DNA of 64,000 nt from Flavobacteriia bacterium. Its GTDB lineage: Bacteria > Bacteroidota > Bacteroidia > Flavobacteriales_D > Crocinitomicaceae. The notes under the pieces were generated by a model, which was not told the origin of the DNA, searched no databases, and was given only the letters and a program-made list of their open reading frames with translations. Made by a program: the position numbers and the translations under genes. Numbering within the stretch: position 1 is the first letter of the stretch; each line of letters begins with the position of its first letter. The DNA is taken from NCBI GenBank assembly GCA_947446925.1, contig CANFHU010000014.1, forward strand, positions 409-64,408, read 5' to 3'. This document shows, in pieces, positions 54,718-64,000 of this stretch.

Positions 54718-56904
54718 CTATAAGTTTTTTAAAGTGTAATCCAATAATAGGTTATATAAGTGGTTTCTAGTGTTGCCGCCATAGATACCATGGTTTTTGT
54801 TTGGATAGGTAAATTGATCAAATTGGATATTAGCTTGTACCAAGGTGTTTATAAATTCTAATGCATTTTGATAATGTACATTATCATCTGCAGTCCCGTG
54901 CACTAATAAATACTTACCTTTTAAATTTTTAGCGTATTTAATGGGGGAGTTATCCTCATATCCACCTGTATTTTCTAAAGGTGTTCGCATGAATCGTTCG
55001 GTATAAATATTGTCGTAATATTTCCAATTTGTTACCGGAGCAACAGCAATGCCCATCTTAAATACTGGAGCACCTTTTGTCATTGCAAGTGATGCCATAA
55101 ACCCACCATAACTCCATCCTTGAATACCAATTCTATTTTTGTCGACGAAACTTAGTTTTCCTAATTCGGTCGCTGTAGCTATAAAATCTTCCAACTCTAA
55201 TTTCCCCATGTTTAAGTAGGTCGCTTTTTTGTGTGTTACACCACGAAATTGTGTTCCTCGAGGATCTACACTTACAACAATGTATCCGTTTTGTGTAAGT
55301 AATTGATGGTACATATAATCGTTCCCTCCCCATTGGTTAAGTACAGTGTTTTGTCCAGGTCCACCATATATATTTATGTAAACAGGATATTTTTTGGTAG
55401 GATCGAAATTGGTAGGTTTCATCATCCATCCGTTTAATTTTCCTGCTGGACCAGTAAATTCGATAAATTCTTTATGTGTCAATGTATAGTCTTTCAATCG
55501 TTCATTGAGTGCAGCATTATCCTCTAAAATTCCTAAGACCTTACCATTTTCTGATTTTAACTCATAACTATTCGGAGTATTTACATCGGATTTATCTAAT
55601 ACGAAATACTGCATACCAGGTGTGAATTGTGCTACATTGTGTCCTGTTTCATTACTTAAAGCACGTTTATTTTTGCCATTGATTCCAATTTTATAGACTC
55701 CTTGATGAATTGCACCTTTTTCTGCAGATGCAAAATATACTGCGGATGCATTATCATTGATACCATACAATTCTATTACATCCCAATTGCCCTTTGTTAT
55801 GGCAGTTTGTGTACCATTAAAGTTTAACTTGTAAATGTGTTTAAACCCGGAAATTTCACTGGTACGAATTAATTCCTTGCCATTTGGAAGTATAAACATA
55901 CTGTTTTCGTCAACTTCCACGTATGTTTCTGATTTTTCTATAAAAAATATTTTGCTCGTAAGCGTGTTTGCATCTACTGCGTGGAATGTTAATTCATTTT
56001 GATGTCTATTTAGCGTTTGTAAAACCAAGGTGTTTTGTGTTGGAGACCAATTTAATCTTGGGATGTATTCGTAATTAGATAATTGAATTAATTGTGTTTT
56101 ATTAGAAGGTAAATCGAAAATATATGCAGTAACTTTTGAGTTTTCCTCTCCCGCTTTTGGATATTTGTAAGTCCATTTTTCTGGATATAATTCCCCTTTA
56201 AAATAATCGATGTTAAATTCTTTTACTTTACTTTCGTCAAAGCGTAAAAATGCAAGTTTCTTACTGTCGAATGACCATTCAAAACCTTTAGTAATGGCAA
56301 ATTCTTCCTCGTAAACCCAATCAGTCGTACCATTAATAATTTCATTTTGTTTACCATCATTTGTAATAGCACTAGTTATGTTGCTTTCTATATCTTTTAC
56401 ATATAAATTGTTTTGAAAGACAAAGGCTACTTTTTTTCCATTAGGTGAAAATTGCGCCAAAGTTGCTCCATTTTTCGTGTCATCTAACGGACTTATTTTT
56501 TTTGTTTTTAGGTCAAAAATGAAATAATTAGCGGTAAAACTTCTTCTATAAATAGGTGTAGTTTCTGTTGTTAATAGTAACTTGGTTTCGTCGGCACTAA
56601 ATTCATAACCATCAATAGGAAGTAATTTACCTTGGTACACTAACTCGCTTGCGGAAACTAAGGAATTACCTTCCCCTTGGTACTTTTTATAGGAATGAAT
56701 TGAAATAGATGTACTGTCTTTACTACGATTCAATTTGGTGAAATGCTCCCCATCTTTCATTCCGTTAAAACCTGCCACTCCTTTTCTAGCGAACTCAAAG
56801 TTTCGCCAGATTTTCTCGATACTAAGTGTTTTTTGCGCATAAATTGCATTCGATAATACAAGAATGCATGCAATGAATAGGTTTCTAATTTTAGTAAGAT
56901 TCAT
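54718..56904 (-). CDS. S9 family serine peptidase, dipeptidyl-peptidase IV type
   Basis: Signal peptide, a beta-propeller N-terminal part, catalytic GWSYGG, and the later D and H regions (GTADDNVH). Confidence 0.88.
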   Translation of the reverse strand: MNLTKIRNLFIACILVLSNAIYAQKTLSIEKIWRNFEFARKGVAGFNGMKDGEHFTKLNRSKDSTSISIHSYKKYQGEGNSLVSASELVYQGKLLPIDGYEFSADETKLLLTTETTPIYRRSFTANYFIFDLKTKKISPLDDTKNGATLAQFSPNGKKVAFVFQNNLYVKDIESNITSAITNDGKQNEIINGTTDWVYEEEFAITKGFEWSFDSKKLAFLRFDESKVKEFNIDYFKGELYPEKWTYKYPKAGEENSKVTAYIFDLPSNKTQLIQLSNYEYIPRLNWSPTQNTLVLQTLNRHQNELTFHAVDANTLTSKIFFIEKSETYVEVDENSMFILPNGKELIRTSEISGFKHIYKLNFNGTQTAITKGNWDVIELYGINDNASAVYFASAEKGAIHQGVYKIGINGKNKRALSNETGHNVAQFTPGMQYFVLDKSDVNTPNSYELKSENGKVLGILEDNAALNERLKDYTLTHKEFIEFTGPAGKLNGWMMKPTNFDPTKKYPVYINIYGGPGQNTVLNQWGGNDYMYHQLLTQNGYIVVSVDPRGTQFRGVTHKKATYLNMGKLELEDFIATATELGKLSFVDKNRIGIQGWSYGGFMASLAMTKGAPVFKMGIAVAPVTNWKYYDNIYTERFMRTPLENTGGYEDNSPIKYAKNLKGKYLLVHGTADDNVHYQNALEFINTLVQANIQFDQFTYPNKNHGIYGGNTRNHLYNLLLDYTLKNL

Positions 56905-57082
56905 AGTTTAAATTGATTATATCGTGTTTTGATGGTTGCAAAACTAACGAACTATTTGTGGAAATAAAATTAGATGGAATTATTTGTTTTATCAAGAATT
57001 TACCAATCGTATTTATACGCGATTTTTCGTTTACAATTGTTTCTTACATCCAGCAATAGTAAACTTGTAACAAAATAATGAC

Positions 57083-58456
57083 ATGAAATTTTTCATAACT
57101 ACCATCTTGCTTTTTTTTTCTACTCACTTATTTACTCAAGTCCCAAAACATAATCCGATTCGATTTGAAATAATTGATGTTAAGTCATTTAGTGTCAAAA
57201 TATCTTTTTCAAAAGTGATGTTTGCGACAAGTTATTTGGTACTAAGAACAAACAATTTATCGAGTCAAGCGAAACCTTTGAATGAAAAAAAATATGAAAG
57301 AGGAGATACAATTGGTGATGCTATAGTGATCCAAAGTACGTCAGATACTCTAATTAATCCGAGAGCAGTTAGAGCAAATACGACGTATAATTTTGTTGTC
57401 TATTCATGTTATCAAGTCAATGGTGCGATAAATTATGTACTAGAAAAACCTTTAAAAATGCAAGTTACTACTTCTGGATTGTCCTATTTAGATTATTACG
57501 AATCCATTTCCATTACAGCGCCTAATTTTATTTCTACACTTTCAAACTTACTAGTGCAGCATACGGTTGTTCCCTATACTTCGTATAAAAATACGGTTCT
57601 TGCGATGTTAGAATTTCAGGATACAACCGCAGGAAAAACATTTGTTCAATGTGTCTATTCTGGGGAAAGAAAAATTATTCAAATGCCTTTTGATTGGACA
57701 AAAGAAGGGTATAGTAGAGAGCATACGTTTGCACATTCATGGATGCCTTCACACCCTGCAGATAATCCACCATTACCAGAGTATAGTGATTTGCATAATT
57801 TGTATCCGACAAATTTAGAGAAGGCAAATACCGTTAGAAATAATTTTCCACTTGGAGAAGTTACAGGGAAAGTGCTGTATACCTATTTGGAAGGAAAGTT
57901 AGGATACGACGGTTCGCAAATTGTTTATGAGCCTAGTGATATGCATAAAGGAAATGCAGCACGAGCAATGATGTATATGTCCATTGCCTACAATAATCAA
58001 AATAATCATTGGAGATTCCCAAGTGTTCAGTCGCAAGAAATTATTAAAAAGTGGCATTTTCAAGATCCACCGGATAACTATGAAATTGCGCGACAAGAAT
58101 ATATTTATGGGTTACAAGGAAATCGAAACCCATTCATAGATCATCCAGAATACGCTTGTTTTATTGATTTTACTAAAATGTCGAAACAAAAAGCGAACTG
58201 TTATAATTCACTACTAGAAATAGAAAATGAACCTCGCATTCAACTAAATCTATCTGGTAAAACACTAGAAATAAATTCGGAAGAAGAAATTAGTGAAATA
58301 TGTATTTACGATATAATGGGGCAACTTGTTTTGATAAAATCAAAAGGTTTTAATTCAAATTTTGTGGATTTGTCTAATTTGGGAATTGGAACATTTATTA
58401 TAGACATTACTTCTGTCACAGAAAAAAAAATAAGAAAAAAAATATATTTGAATTAA
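57083..58456 (+). CDS. Secreted endonuclease I family nuclease with T9SS type A C-terminal sorting domain
   Basis: SREHTFAHSW, DLHNLYPTN, GNAARAMMYM and NRNPFIDHPE motifs. The C-terminal ~80 aa follow a Por-secretion-tail pattern ending KIYLN. Confidence 0.8.
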   Translation: MKFFITTILLFFSTHLFTQVPKHNPIRFEIIDVKSFSVKISFSKVMFATSYLVLRTNNLSSQAKPLNEKKYERGDTIGDAIVIQSTSDTLINPRAVRANTTYNFVVYSCYQVNGAINYVLEKPLKMQVTTSGLSYLDYYESISITAPNFISTLSNLLVQHTVVPYTSYKNTVLAMLEFQDTTAGKTFVQCVYSGERKIIQMPFDWTKEGYSREHTFAHSWMPSHPADNPPLPEYSDLHNLYPTNLEKANTVRNNFPLGEVTGKVLYTYLEGKLGYDGSQIVYEPSDMHKGNAARAMMYMSIAYNNQNNHWRFPSVQSQEIIKKWHFQDPPDNYEIARQEYIYGLQGNRNPFIDHPEYACFIDFTKMSKQKANCYNSLLEIENEPRIQLNLSGKTLEINSEEEISEICIYDIMGQLVLIKSKGFNSNFVDLSNLGIGTFIIDITSVTEKKIRKKIYLN

Positions 58457-58869
58457 AAAAGTTGGGATAGAAATTCATCTGGTGTTACCACTGAAATTTT
58501 ACTGCCTTTGAAATCTTTTATATTTCTAGTAATAATAAAAGAAATTTCACTAAAAGTAGATGCTGCAATCATTTGTAATGCATCTTCAAAATCTTTTATA
58601 GTTGATTTAAGCCCTTTTTGGAGGATATCGAAGTCAACTGGTAAAATAGTGAATAAGTCTAATAATTCGAGAAGAATTTTTCGTAATTCTTTTTCGGCTA
58701 TGTATTTTTTTAAAATGTAATGGGTCGTTGCAATACTGTGAGAAGAGGTGTAGATTTTGATTTTATTTTGAAGTGCTAATTCGAAAATTTGTTCTGCATA
58801 ATTGCTATGTGGTTTTCTATCTCCTAAAAAATCAATAATAATGTTTGTGTCTAAAAATATAGATATCAT
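58453..58869 (-). CDS. PIN-domain toxin (VapC-like)
   Basis: MISIFLDTNIIIDFL N-terminus and later acidic residues. The start overlaps the antitoxin stop. Confidence 0.8.
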   Translation of the reverse strand: MISIFLDTNIIIDFLGDRKPHSNYAEQIFELALQNKIKIYTSSHSIATTHYILKKYIAEKELRKILLELLDLFTILPVDFDILQKGLKSTIKDFEDALQMIAASTFSEISFIITRNIKDFKGSKISVVTPDEFLSQLF

Positions 58870-59108
58870 AAATGCTTATTTTCTAAATAAGATCTTAATG
58901 CATCATCTGTATTGAAATCAGTTGGAATTTTGACAGAGCCTTTTAATGCACTTATTTTAGAAGAATTAATAGCTTGATGTTCATTAGTTGTTATTTTCTC
59001 TAAATATTTTTCAATAATATCGGATAAACTTCTGCCAGTTTCTTTGGCAAATAACTTTGCTTTTTCGATGGTTGATCTTTCTATTGTCAACGTTAATTTT
59101 GTATTCAT
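58866..59108 (-). CDS. DUF6364-like antitoxin
   Basis: MNTKLTLTIERSTIEKAKLFAKETGRSLSDIIEKYL pattern. 80 aa. Confidence 0.6.
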   Translation of the reverse strand: MNTKLTLTIERSTIEKAKLFAKETGRSLSDIIEKYLEKITTNEHQAINSSKISALKGSVKIPTDFNTDDALRSYLENKHL

Positions 59109-59125
59109 GATACGTGTGTTTATTT

Positions 59126-59133
59126 CAAATATA
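59126..59133 (-). promoter_or_regulatory. Candidate -7 box TATATTTG (minus strand) for the TA pair
   Basis: The reverse complement of CAAATATA lies 17 nt upstream of the start at 59108. Confidence 0.45.
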
Positions 59134-59167
59134 CGTATTAATTAAAAGTTGTAAAAATATATTTTAT

Positions 59168-59195
59168 AAAAAAAGCCGTCTCTTACGAAACGGCT
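59168..59195 (-). terminator. Rho-independent terminator of lpdA
   Basis: On the minus strand: AGCCGT / ACGGCT stem followed by a T run. Confidence 0.7.
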
Positions 59196-59240
59196 CCAAA
59201 GTCTTATGTCTTTTGTCTAAAAGTCTTTTATCTCAAAATA

Positions 59241-60632
59241 CTACAAGTGAATTACTTCTCCATACGCAGCTGCAGCAGCTTCCATAATTGCCTCAGACAT
59301 AGTAGGGTGTGGGTGTACGGTTTTAATTAAAGTTTCTCCTGTTACTTCTAACTTACGAATTGCTACAATTTCAGCAATCATTTCCGTAACGTTTGCTCCA
59401 ATCATATGAGCACCTAAAAGTTCTCCATATTTTGCATCGAAGATTAATTTTACAAAACCATCTTTTGCTCCAGCTGCACTCGCTTTTCCGGATGCAGAGA
59501 ATGGAAATTTACCAATTTTGATATCCAAACCTTTTTCACGTGCTGCCTTTTCTGTTAAACCTACAGAAGCAACTTCTGGTGAACAATATGTACAACCTGG
59601 GATATTTCCATAATCTAAAGGTTCTGGGTGGTGACCAGCAATCTGTTCCACACAAATAATTCCCTCCGCGGAAGCAACGTGTGCTAATGCTGGACCTGGC
59701 ACGATATCTCCAATTGCATAATAACCAGGGATGTTTGTTTGGTAATACTCATTTACTAAAACACGACCTCTATCTGTTGCTATACCAACTTGCTCTAATC
59801 CTAAATTTTCAAGATTTGTTTCAATTCCTGCAGCAGATAATACGATATCACATTCAATTTTTTCTTCTCCTTTTGCTGTTTTGATCGTAACTACACAACC
59901 TGCTCCAGAAGTGTCAACAGACTCTACTGAAGAGTTTGTTAATACTTTAACACCTGATTTTTTGAAAGATTTTTCTAATTGTTTTGAAACTTCTTCATCC
60001 TCTACATTTGCAATGTTTCCAAGGAATTCAACAATAGTTACATCTGTCCCTAATGTATTGTAGAAATAAGCAAATTCTAAACCAATTGCACCAGAACCGA
60101 TTACTACCATTTTTTTAGGTTGAGTAGGTAGTGTCATTGCCTCGCGGTAGCCAATTACTTTTTTACCATCTTGTGGAACATTTGGCAACTGACGTGAACG
60201 AGCTCCTGTTGCTAAAATAACTCCTTTATCAGCAGAATATTCAGTAACTGTACCGTCTTCCGCAGTAACAGCGACTTTTTTTCCAGGTAATACTTTACCT
60301 GTACCTTTTATAACATCAATTTTATTCTTTTTCATCAAGAATTGAATACCTGTACTCATTCCGTTAGCAACACCCCTACTACGAGCAATGATTGCATCGA
60401 AATCAGCTGAACCTCCTTCAACCTTGATTCCATAATCAGAAGCATGTGTCAAATATTCATACACATTTGCACTTTTTAATAATGCTTTTGTTGGGATACA
60501 TCCCCAGTTTAAGCAAATACCTCCAAGAGATTCTCTTTCAATGATAGCAGTTTTTAATCCTAGTTGTGAAGCGCGAATAGCAGTCACATATCCTCCAGGC
60601 CCACTTCCGATAACTAATATGTCGTAATTCAT
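59241..60632 (-). CDS. lpdA: Dihydrolipoyl dehydrogenase
   Basis: VIGSGPGGY, redox-active GGICLNWGCIPTK, and C-terminal HPHPTMSE. Confidence 0.92.
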   Translation of the reverse strand: MNYDILVIGSGPGGYVTAIRASQLGLKTAIIERESLGGICLNWGCIPTKALLKSANVYEYLTHASDYGIKVEGGSADFDAIIARSRGVANGMSTGIQFLMKKNKIDVIKGTGKVLPGKKVAVTAEDGTVTEYSADKGVILATGARSRQLPNVPQDGKKVIGYREAMTLPTQPKKMVVIGSGAIGLEFAYFYNTLGTDVTIVEFLGNIANVEDEEVSKQLEKSFKKSGVKVLTNSSVESVDTSGAGCVVTIKTAKGEEKIECDIVLSAAGIETNLENLGLEQVGIATDRGRVLVNEYYQTNIPGYYAIGDIVPGPALAHVASAEGIICVEQIAGHHPEPLDYGNIPGCTYCSPEVASVGLTEKAAREKGLDIKIGKFPFSASGKASAAGAKDGFVKLIFDAKYGELLGAHMIGANVTEMIAEIVAIRKLEVTGETLIKTVHPHPTMSEAIMEAAAAAYGEVIHL

Positions 60633-60894
60633 AATGATTTCGATTTTGTTTTGTGGTGTGAAATTAATAAATATTTAGGAAAGTATTTTTGTCAATGATA
60701 TTATTTTGAAATTCTCGAAGCATTTTTACCATTAAGAAATGGAGATTTATTTTGAATCAACAAACTGTTTTAGGTTAATTAAGTATTTCGCTTGGCTCAC
60801 ATAGTTTTGATTTTATCAGTAATTAATAAATTTAGGATGTTAAGTGTGTTATCGGTGAATTTAATTCCTCCTTAATGGTGAATAAACCAAAATA

Positions 60895-61040
60895 GACCAA
60901 AGGTCTCTCAATGCAACTAAATCAATCTCCATACATCCCTAAATTTCTCAATAAAATCTCAATGGTAAAAGAAAGTATTTAGGTCTCCAAATGCGAATAA
61001 ACACATCACCAATTACCCCTCAATTCTTAAAAGGTGAAAA
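60895..61040. repeat. CTCAAT-word repeat units upstream of the M61 peptidase gene
   Basis: 60895-60970 matches 33859-33934 (66/76). A second degenerate unit follows (AGGTCTCCAAATG...AAGGTGAAAA). Confidence 0.7.
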
Positions 61041-61097
61041 TAAACTCTCTAATCTACAAGTCGAAAATTCTTATATTTACATATCAAAACCTCAACC

Positions 61098-62807
61098 ATG
61101 ATACATTATACACTTTCCACCGATAACCCTTCAGCACAATACATTCAAATTTCGATGCAATTTGAACCTACCAATGAAGTAGAGAGAATTCAATTGCCAG
61201 CATGGCGACCAGGTCGTTATGAACTTGGTAATTTTGCTAAAAATGTAAAGGGTTTCAAAGTATATAATGAAAAAGAAGAGGAATTGTTATTTCATAAAAT
61301 AACGAAAGATTGCTGGGAGGTTCAAACGAATAATGCTACTATCATTCGTATAGTATATGGGTATTATGCGACTGATTTAAATGCAGGTTCTACTTTTTTA
61401 TCGGATGAACAATTGTATGTCAATCCAGTAAATTGTTTTACTTACGTACTTGGAAGAGAGAAAGAGGGAATCATTCTAGATTTAAAAATACCTTCAGCAT
61501 ACGTGATTGCTTCTTCGTTAGAGATGGATCAACATACTTTGTTCGCAAAAGATTTTGATGAACTTGCAGATTCACCTTTTATTTGTTCAGATACTTTACA
61601 ACACAACTCTTATAATGTAGGAGAGGTTTTGTTCCATGTTTGGTTTCAAGGTGAAGTAAAAGTAGATTGGGATAAACTACTACCAGACTTCACTGCATTT
61701 ACAGAAAAACAAATAGAAAAATTTGGAAGTTTTCCTGTAGAAGAATATCATTTTTTGACACAAATTGTTCCTTTTAGAGCCTATCACGGGGTAGAACATA
61801 GTAGATCTACCGTTTTGTTGTTAGGTCCAAGTTACGCTGTTTTTAAAGATGCATATAAAGATTTGTTGGGTGTAAGTTCACATGAATTGTACCATACATG
61901 GAATGTGAAAGCAATCCGACCAATAGAACTATTTCCATATGATTTTTCAAAAGAGAATTATTCTGAATTAGGCTTTCTGTGTGAAGGTGTAACTACTTAC
62001 ATGGGGGATTTATTCTTATATAAAAGTGGTGTTTTTACTTTAAAAGAGTATTTCAATGAAATGAATGCGCAATTGCAAAAACATTTTGATAATCCAGCAC
62101 GATTCAATTATTCGGTAGCACAATCTTCCTTTGATACGTGGTTAGATGGCTATGTTCCTGGAGCACCAAATCGAAAGGTTTCTATATACACAGAAGGTTG
62201 TTTGTTGTCTTTTGTGTTTGATGTGTTTATTATTCAAAATTCGGATGCTAAATATTCCTTAGATGATGTAATGAAACATTTATACGAAGATTTTTATCTA
62301 AAAAACAAAGGGGTTTCAGAGCAAGACTATATGAATGCAATAGCATTTTTTGCTGGCACAAGTGTTACTTCTATCTTTGAAAATTACGTGCATAATGTTA
62401 CGGATTATACAGAATTACTTCAAAATGCATGCAACACCATCGGTTTAAAGATGGTGACTAAGACAAGTGATAAATTAAGTCAGTCTAAATTGGGAATCAA
62501 AACACTCCAACAAGGAAATTATTTCATTGTAAAATCGATTTATCCAAATTCTCCAGCAGATACATATGGTTTGATGCTTGAAGATGAAATATATGCTGTA
62601 CAATCGATGGATCTGAATGGAAATTTAGATGCTTGGTTAGGTTATTTTAATCAAGACACTTTAGAGATTATGATTAAACGTAAAGGTGTTTTCATGAATA
62701 AGTCAATTTCATTTGACAAACAGGTGTATTATCCAGAATATTTTCTAGAAGTAAAAGAAGATATGACAGAAAAACAGAAAAAATATTTCGAAAGATGGTC
62801 AAACTAA
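61098..62807 (+). CDS. M61 family glycyl aminopeptidase with C-terminal PDZ domain
   Basis: HELYHTWN zinc motif and a PDZ-like segment (IVKSIYPNSPADTYGLMLEDEI). Confidence 0.85.
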   Translation: MIHYTLSTDNPSAQYIQISMQFEPTNEVERIQLPAWRPGRYELGNFAKNVKGFKVYNEKEEELLFHKITKDCWEVQTNNATIIRIVYGYYATDLNAGSTFLSDEQLYVNPVNCFTYVLGREKEGIILDLKIPSAYVIASSLEMDQHTLFAKDFDELADSPFICSDTLQHNSYNVGEVLFHVWFQGEVKVDWDKLLPDFTAFTEKQIEKFGSFPVEEYHFLTQIVPFRAYHGVEHSRSTVLLLGPSYAVFKDAYKDLLGVSSHELYHTWNVKAIRPIELFPYDFSKENYSELGFLCEGVTTYMGDLFLYKSGVFTLKEYFNEMNAQLQKHFDNPARFNYSVAQSSFDTWLDGYVPGAPNRKVSIYTEGCLLSFVFDVFIIQNSDAKYSLDDVMKHLYEDFYLKNKGVSEQDYMNAIAFFAGTSVTSIFENYVHNVTDYTELLQNACNTIGLKMVTKTSDKLSQSKLGIKTLQQGNYFIVKSIYPNSPADTYGLMLEDEIYAVQSMDLNGNLDAWLGYFNQDTLEIMIKRKGVFMNKSISFDKQVYYPEYFLEVKEDMTEKQKKYFERWSN

Positions 62808-62846
62808 CTTCGGTTTGCTCTATTTTTACTTAAACTATCTCGTATT

Positions 62847-63593
62847 ATGAACAAAGTATTTCGTTTGGCAATTTTTACTTTTCACATAGCAGTGTTCTCT
62901 TGTACACCTAAACCTGTGGTTGTAAAAAAAGATACTGGTCCTTCTTATACTACCGCTAAAGATAAAGGGGGAAGTGCTTATAGTACTTTACGAATAGGTA
63001 GTCAAACATGGATGGTAGAAAATTTGAAAACGGTTCGCTATTCGGATGTAGTTAAAATTAAAGATTTAATACTCACAGATTCTATTCGTACATTATTACC
63101 AAACGATAGTTCTATCTTGTATCGTGCAGATTCTCCAAAAGATACTCTTGCTTATTATTGGAAATATAAAGGAGGTCCATCAACGAATGATTTTGGAAAA
63201 CTTTACACGTGGTATACTGTAACTAATAGAAACGTATGCCCACAAGGATTTCATGTGCCAACCGAAAGTGATTGGGAGAAATTAATTAATTTTTTAGGAG
63301 GACCTGAGATTGCAGGAGGTAAAATGAAAAGTATCGACTCTTCTATGTGGGAACTTCCTAATATTGGTGCTACTAATTCATCTTATTTTAATGCCGTTGG
63401 TGGTGGTTACAAAACGGAGTTCGGAACATTTATAGATCAATTGAAATTTGGACTATATTGGTCTGTAACAGAAGATTCTAAATTTACCGATTGTGCTATT
63501 GCATATGCTTTTTATGCAGGATCCATCAAGTCATTTAAGGTCTCTAAATCTAAAAAAGCAGCACTTTCTGTTCGTTGTGTATCCAATAAATAA
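62847..63593 (+). CDS. FISUMP (Fibrobacter succinogenes major paralogous) domain lipoprotein
   Basis: Lipobox AVFSC. IGSQTWMVENL, LYTWYT and CPQGFHVPTESDWEKL motifs. Confidence 0.8.
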   Translation: MNKVFRLAIFTFHIAVFSCTPKPVVVKKDTGPSYTTAKDKGGSAYSTLRIGSQTWMVENLKTVRYSDVVKIKDLILTDSIRTLLPNDSSILYRADSPKDTLAYYWKYKGGPSTNDFGKLYTWYTVTNRNVCPQGFHVPTESDWEKLINFLGGPEIAGGKMKSIDSSMWELPNIGATNSSYFNAVGGGYKTEFGTFIDQLKFGLYWSVTEDSKFTDCAIAYAFYAGSIKSFKVSKSKKAALSVRCVSNK

Positions 63594-63608
63594 AGAAAAT
63601 CACCTACT

Positions 63609-63647
63609 AAAAATGGGCTATATCTAATCGATATAGCCCATTTTTTT
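63609..63647. terminator. Bidirectional rho-independent terminator
   Basis: AAAAATGGGCTATAT / ATATAGCCCATTTTT stem with a 7-nt loop, lying between convergent genes. Confidence 0.75.
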
Positions 63648-63668
63648 ATTATGGATAGAATTTTGAGT

Positions 63669-64000
63669 TTAATTAATGAGGTTCACATGACCGACTAATT
63701 GTTTTCTTAATTTACTTCCTGCAGACTCTTTATATTCAATTTTCCAAATATACGTGTCGGATGGACAAATTTTATTACCATAGGACCCATCCCAACCAAT
63801 ATCTTTATTGTGTGATTCAAATAGTAAAGTTCCCCATCGGTTAAATATATACATACTATAATTATCGGGAGAAATACCACCTCCAATAACTGGAACAAAA
63901 CTATTATTAATTTCATCCATGTTTGGTGTAAATGAATTTGGTATATAGATAATAGGTTTTTCTATAATTGTTATCATCATGGTAGTATCGTCAGAACACT
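63669..64000 (-). CDS. C-terminal fragment of a large protein carrying a T9SS type B (gliding-motility-associated) sorting domain; 5' end outside window
   Basis: IPNSFTPNMDEINNSF...FNRWGTLLFES...GWDG...YIWKIEY is the CHU_C-type domain. The frame stays open to base 64000. Confidence 0.75.
   Translation of the reverse strand, partial: CSDDTTMMITIIEKPIIYIPNSFTPNMDEINNSFVPVIGGGISPDNYSMYIFNRWGTLLFESHNKDIGWDGSYGNKICPSDTYIWKIEYKESAGSKLRKQLVGHVNLIN

Noticed and set aside
60633-60894. Possible small RNA or riboswitch in the unusually long (465-nt) lpdA / M61 peptidase divergent intergenic region.
   Set aside because: Only short hairpins are visible (for example CCATT-AAGA-AATGG), with no recognisable conserved RNA motif. 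It cannot be supported without covariance or expression data.
1-64000. tRNA, rRNA, tmRNA, RNase P and SRP RNA genes, and IS elements or prophage genes.
   Set aside because: No cloverleaf-like or otherwise recognisable RNA gene sequence was seen in any gap, and no transposase, integrase or phage structural protein appears among the ORFs. tRNAscan-SE or Infernal and ISfinder searches would confirm this.

Overview
This 64-kb window is low-GC chromosomal DNA that looks like Bacteroidota, probably Flavobacteriia. Supporting signs are T9SS type A and type B C-terminal sorting domains, a FISUMP lipoprotein, a GxxExxY protein, a compact ~288-aa sigma-A, TAnnTTTG -7 promoter boxes, and A-rich start contexts without Shine-Dalgarno sequences.

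Most of the window is housekeeping. Recognisable genes include icmF (fused isobutyryl-CoA mutase), a GH13 alpha-glucosidase, queA, queD, glyA, rpoD, priA, gltA, lpdA, DPP-IV, an M61 peptidase, an RluA-family pseudouridine synthase and a THUMP RNA methyltransferase.

Accessory content:
- An atypical ars operon: ArsR, DUF6428, ArsC, a flavin monooxygenase and a MIP channel.
- A TetR / ABC / HlyD / TolC export cluster whose ABC ATPase motifs are degenerate.
- Two divergent AAA-ATPase/HTH/PD-(D/E)xK (DUF4143) genes, each with its own repeat array.
- A GIY-YIG nuclease gene nested in REP-like palindromes.
- A class II Fic protein.
- Three toxin-antitoxin pairs (one ParE, two PIN) plus one orphan antitoxin.
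- A patatin/beta-barrel protein resembling PlpD.
- Two very AT-rich islands of poorly characterised envelope genes.

I recognised no rRNA, tRNA, CRISPR array, transposase, integrase or phage genes, and no canonical multi-gene defence system.

The most unusual signal is non-coding. Intergenic DNA is built from several families of short word-like repeats (CTGAG-N4/5-TCGAAG, GTCAC, CTCAAT, AAGAC/GTCTT, CTTCAAAT, TTCCGAAATTACATAA). These bracket single genes, supply start and stop codons, and in one case fill both intercistronic gaps of the ars operon.

All protein calls rest on motif and family recognition by eye. No searches, alignments or folding were run.
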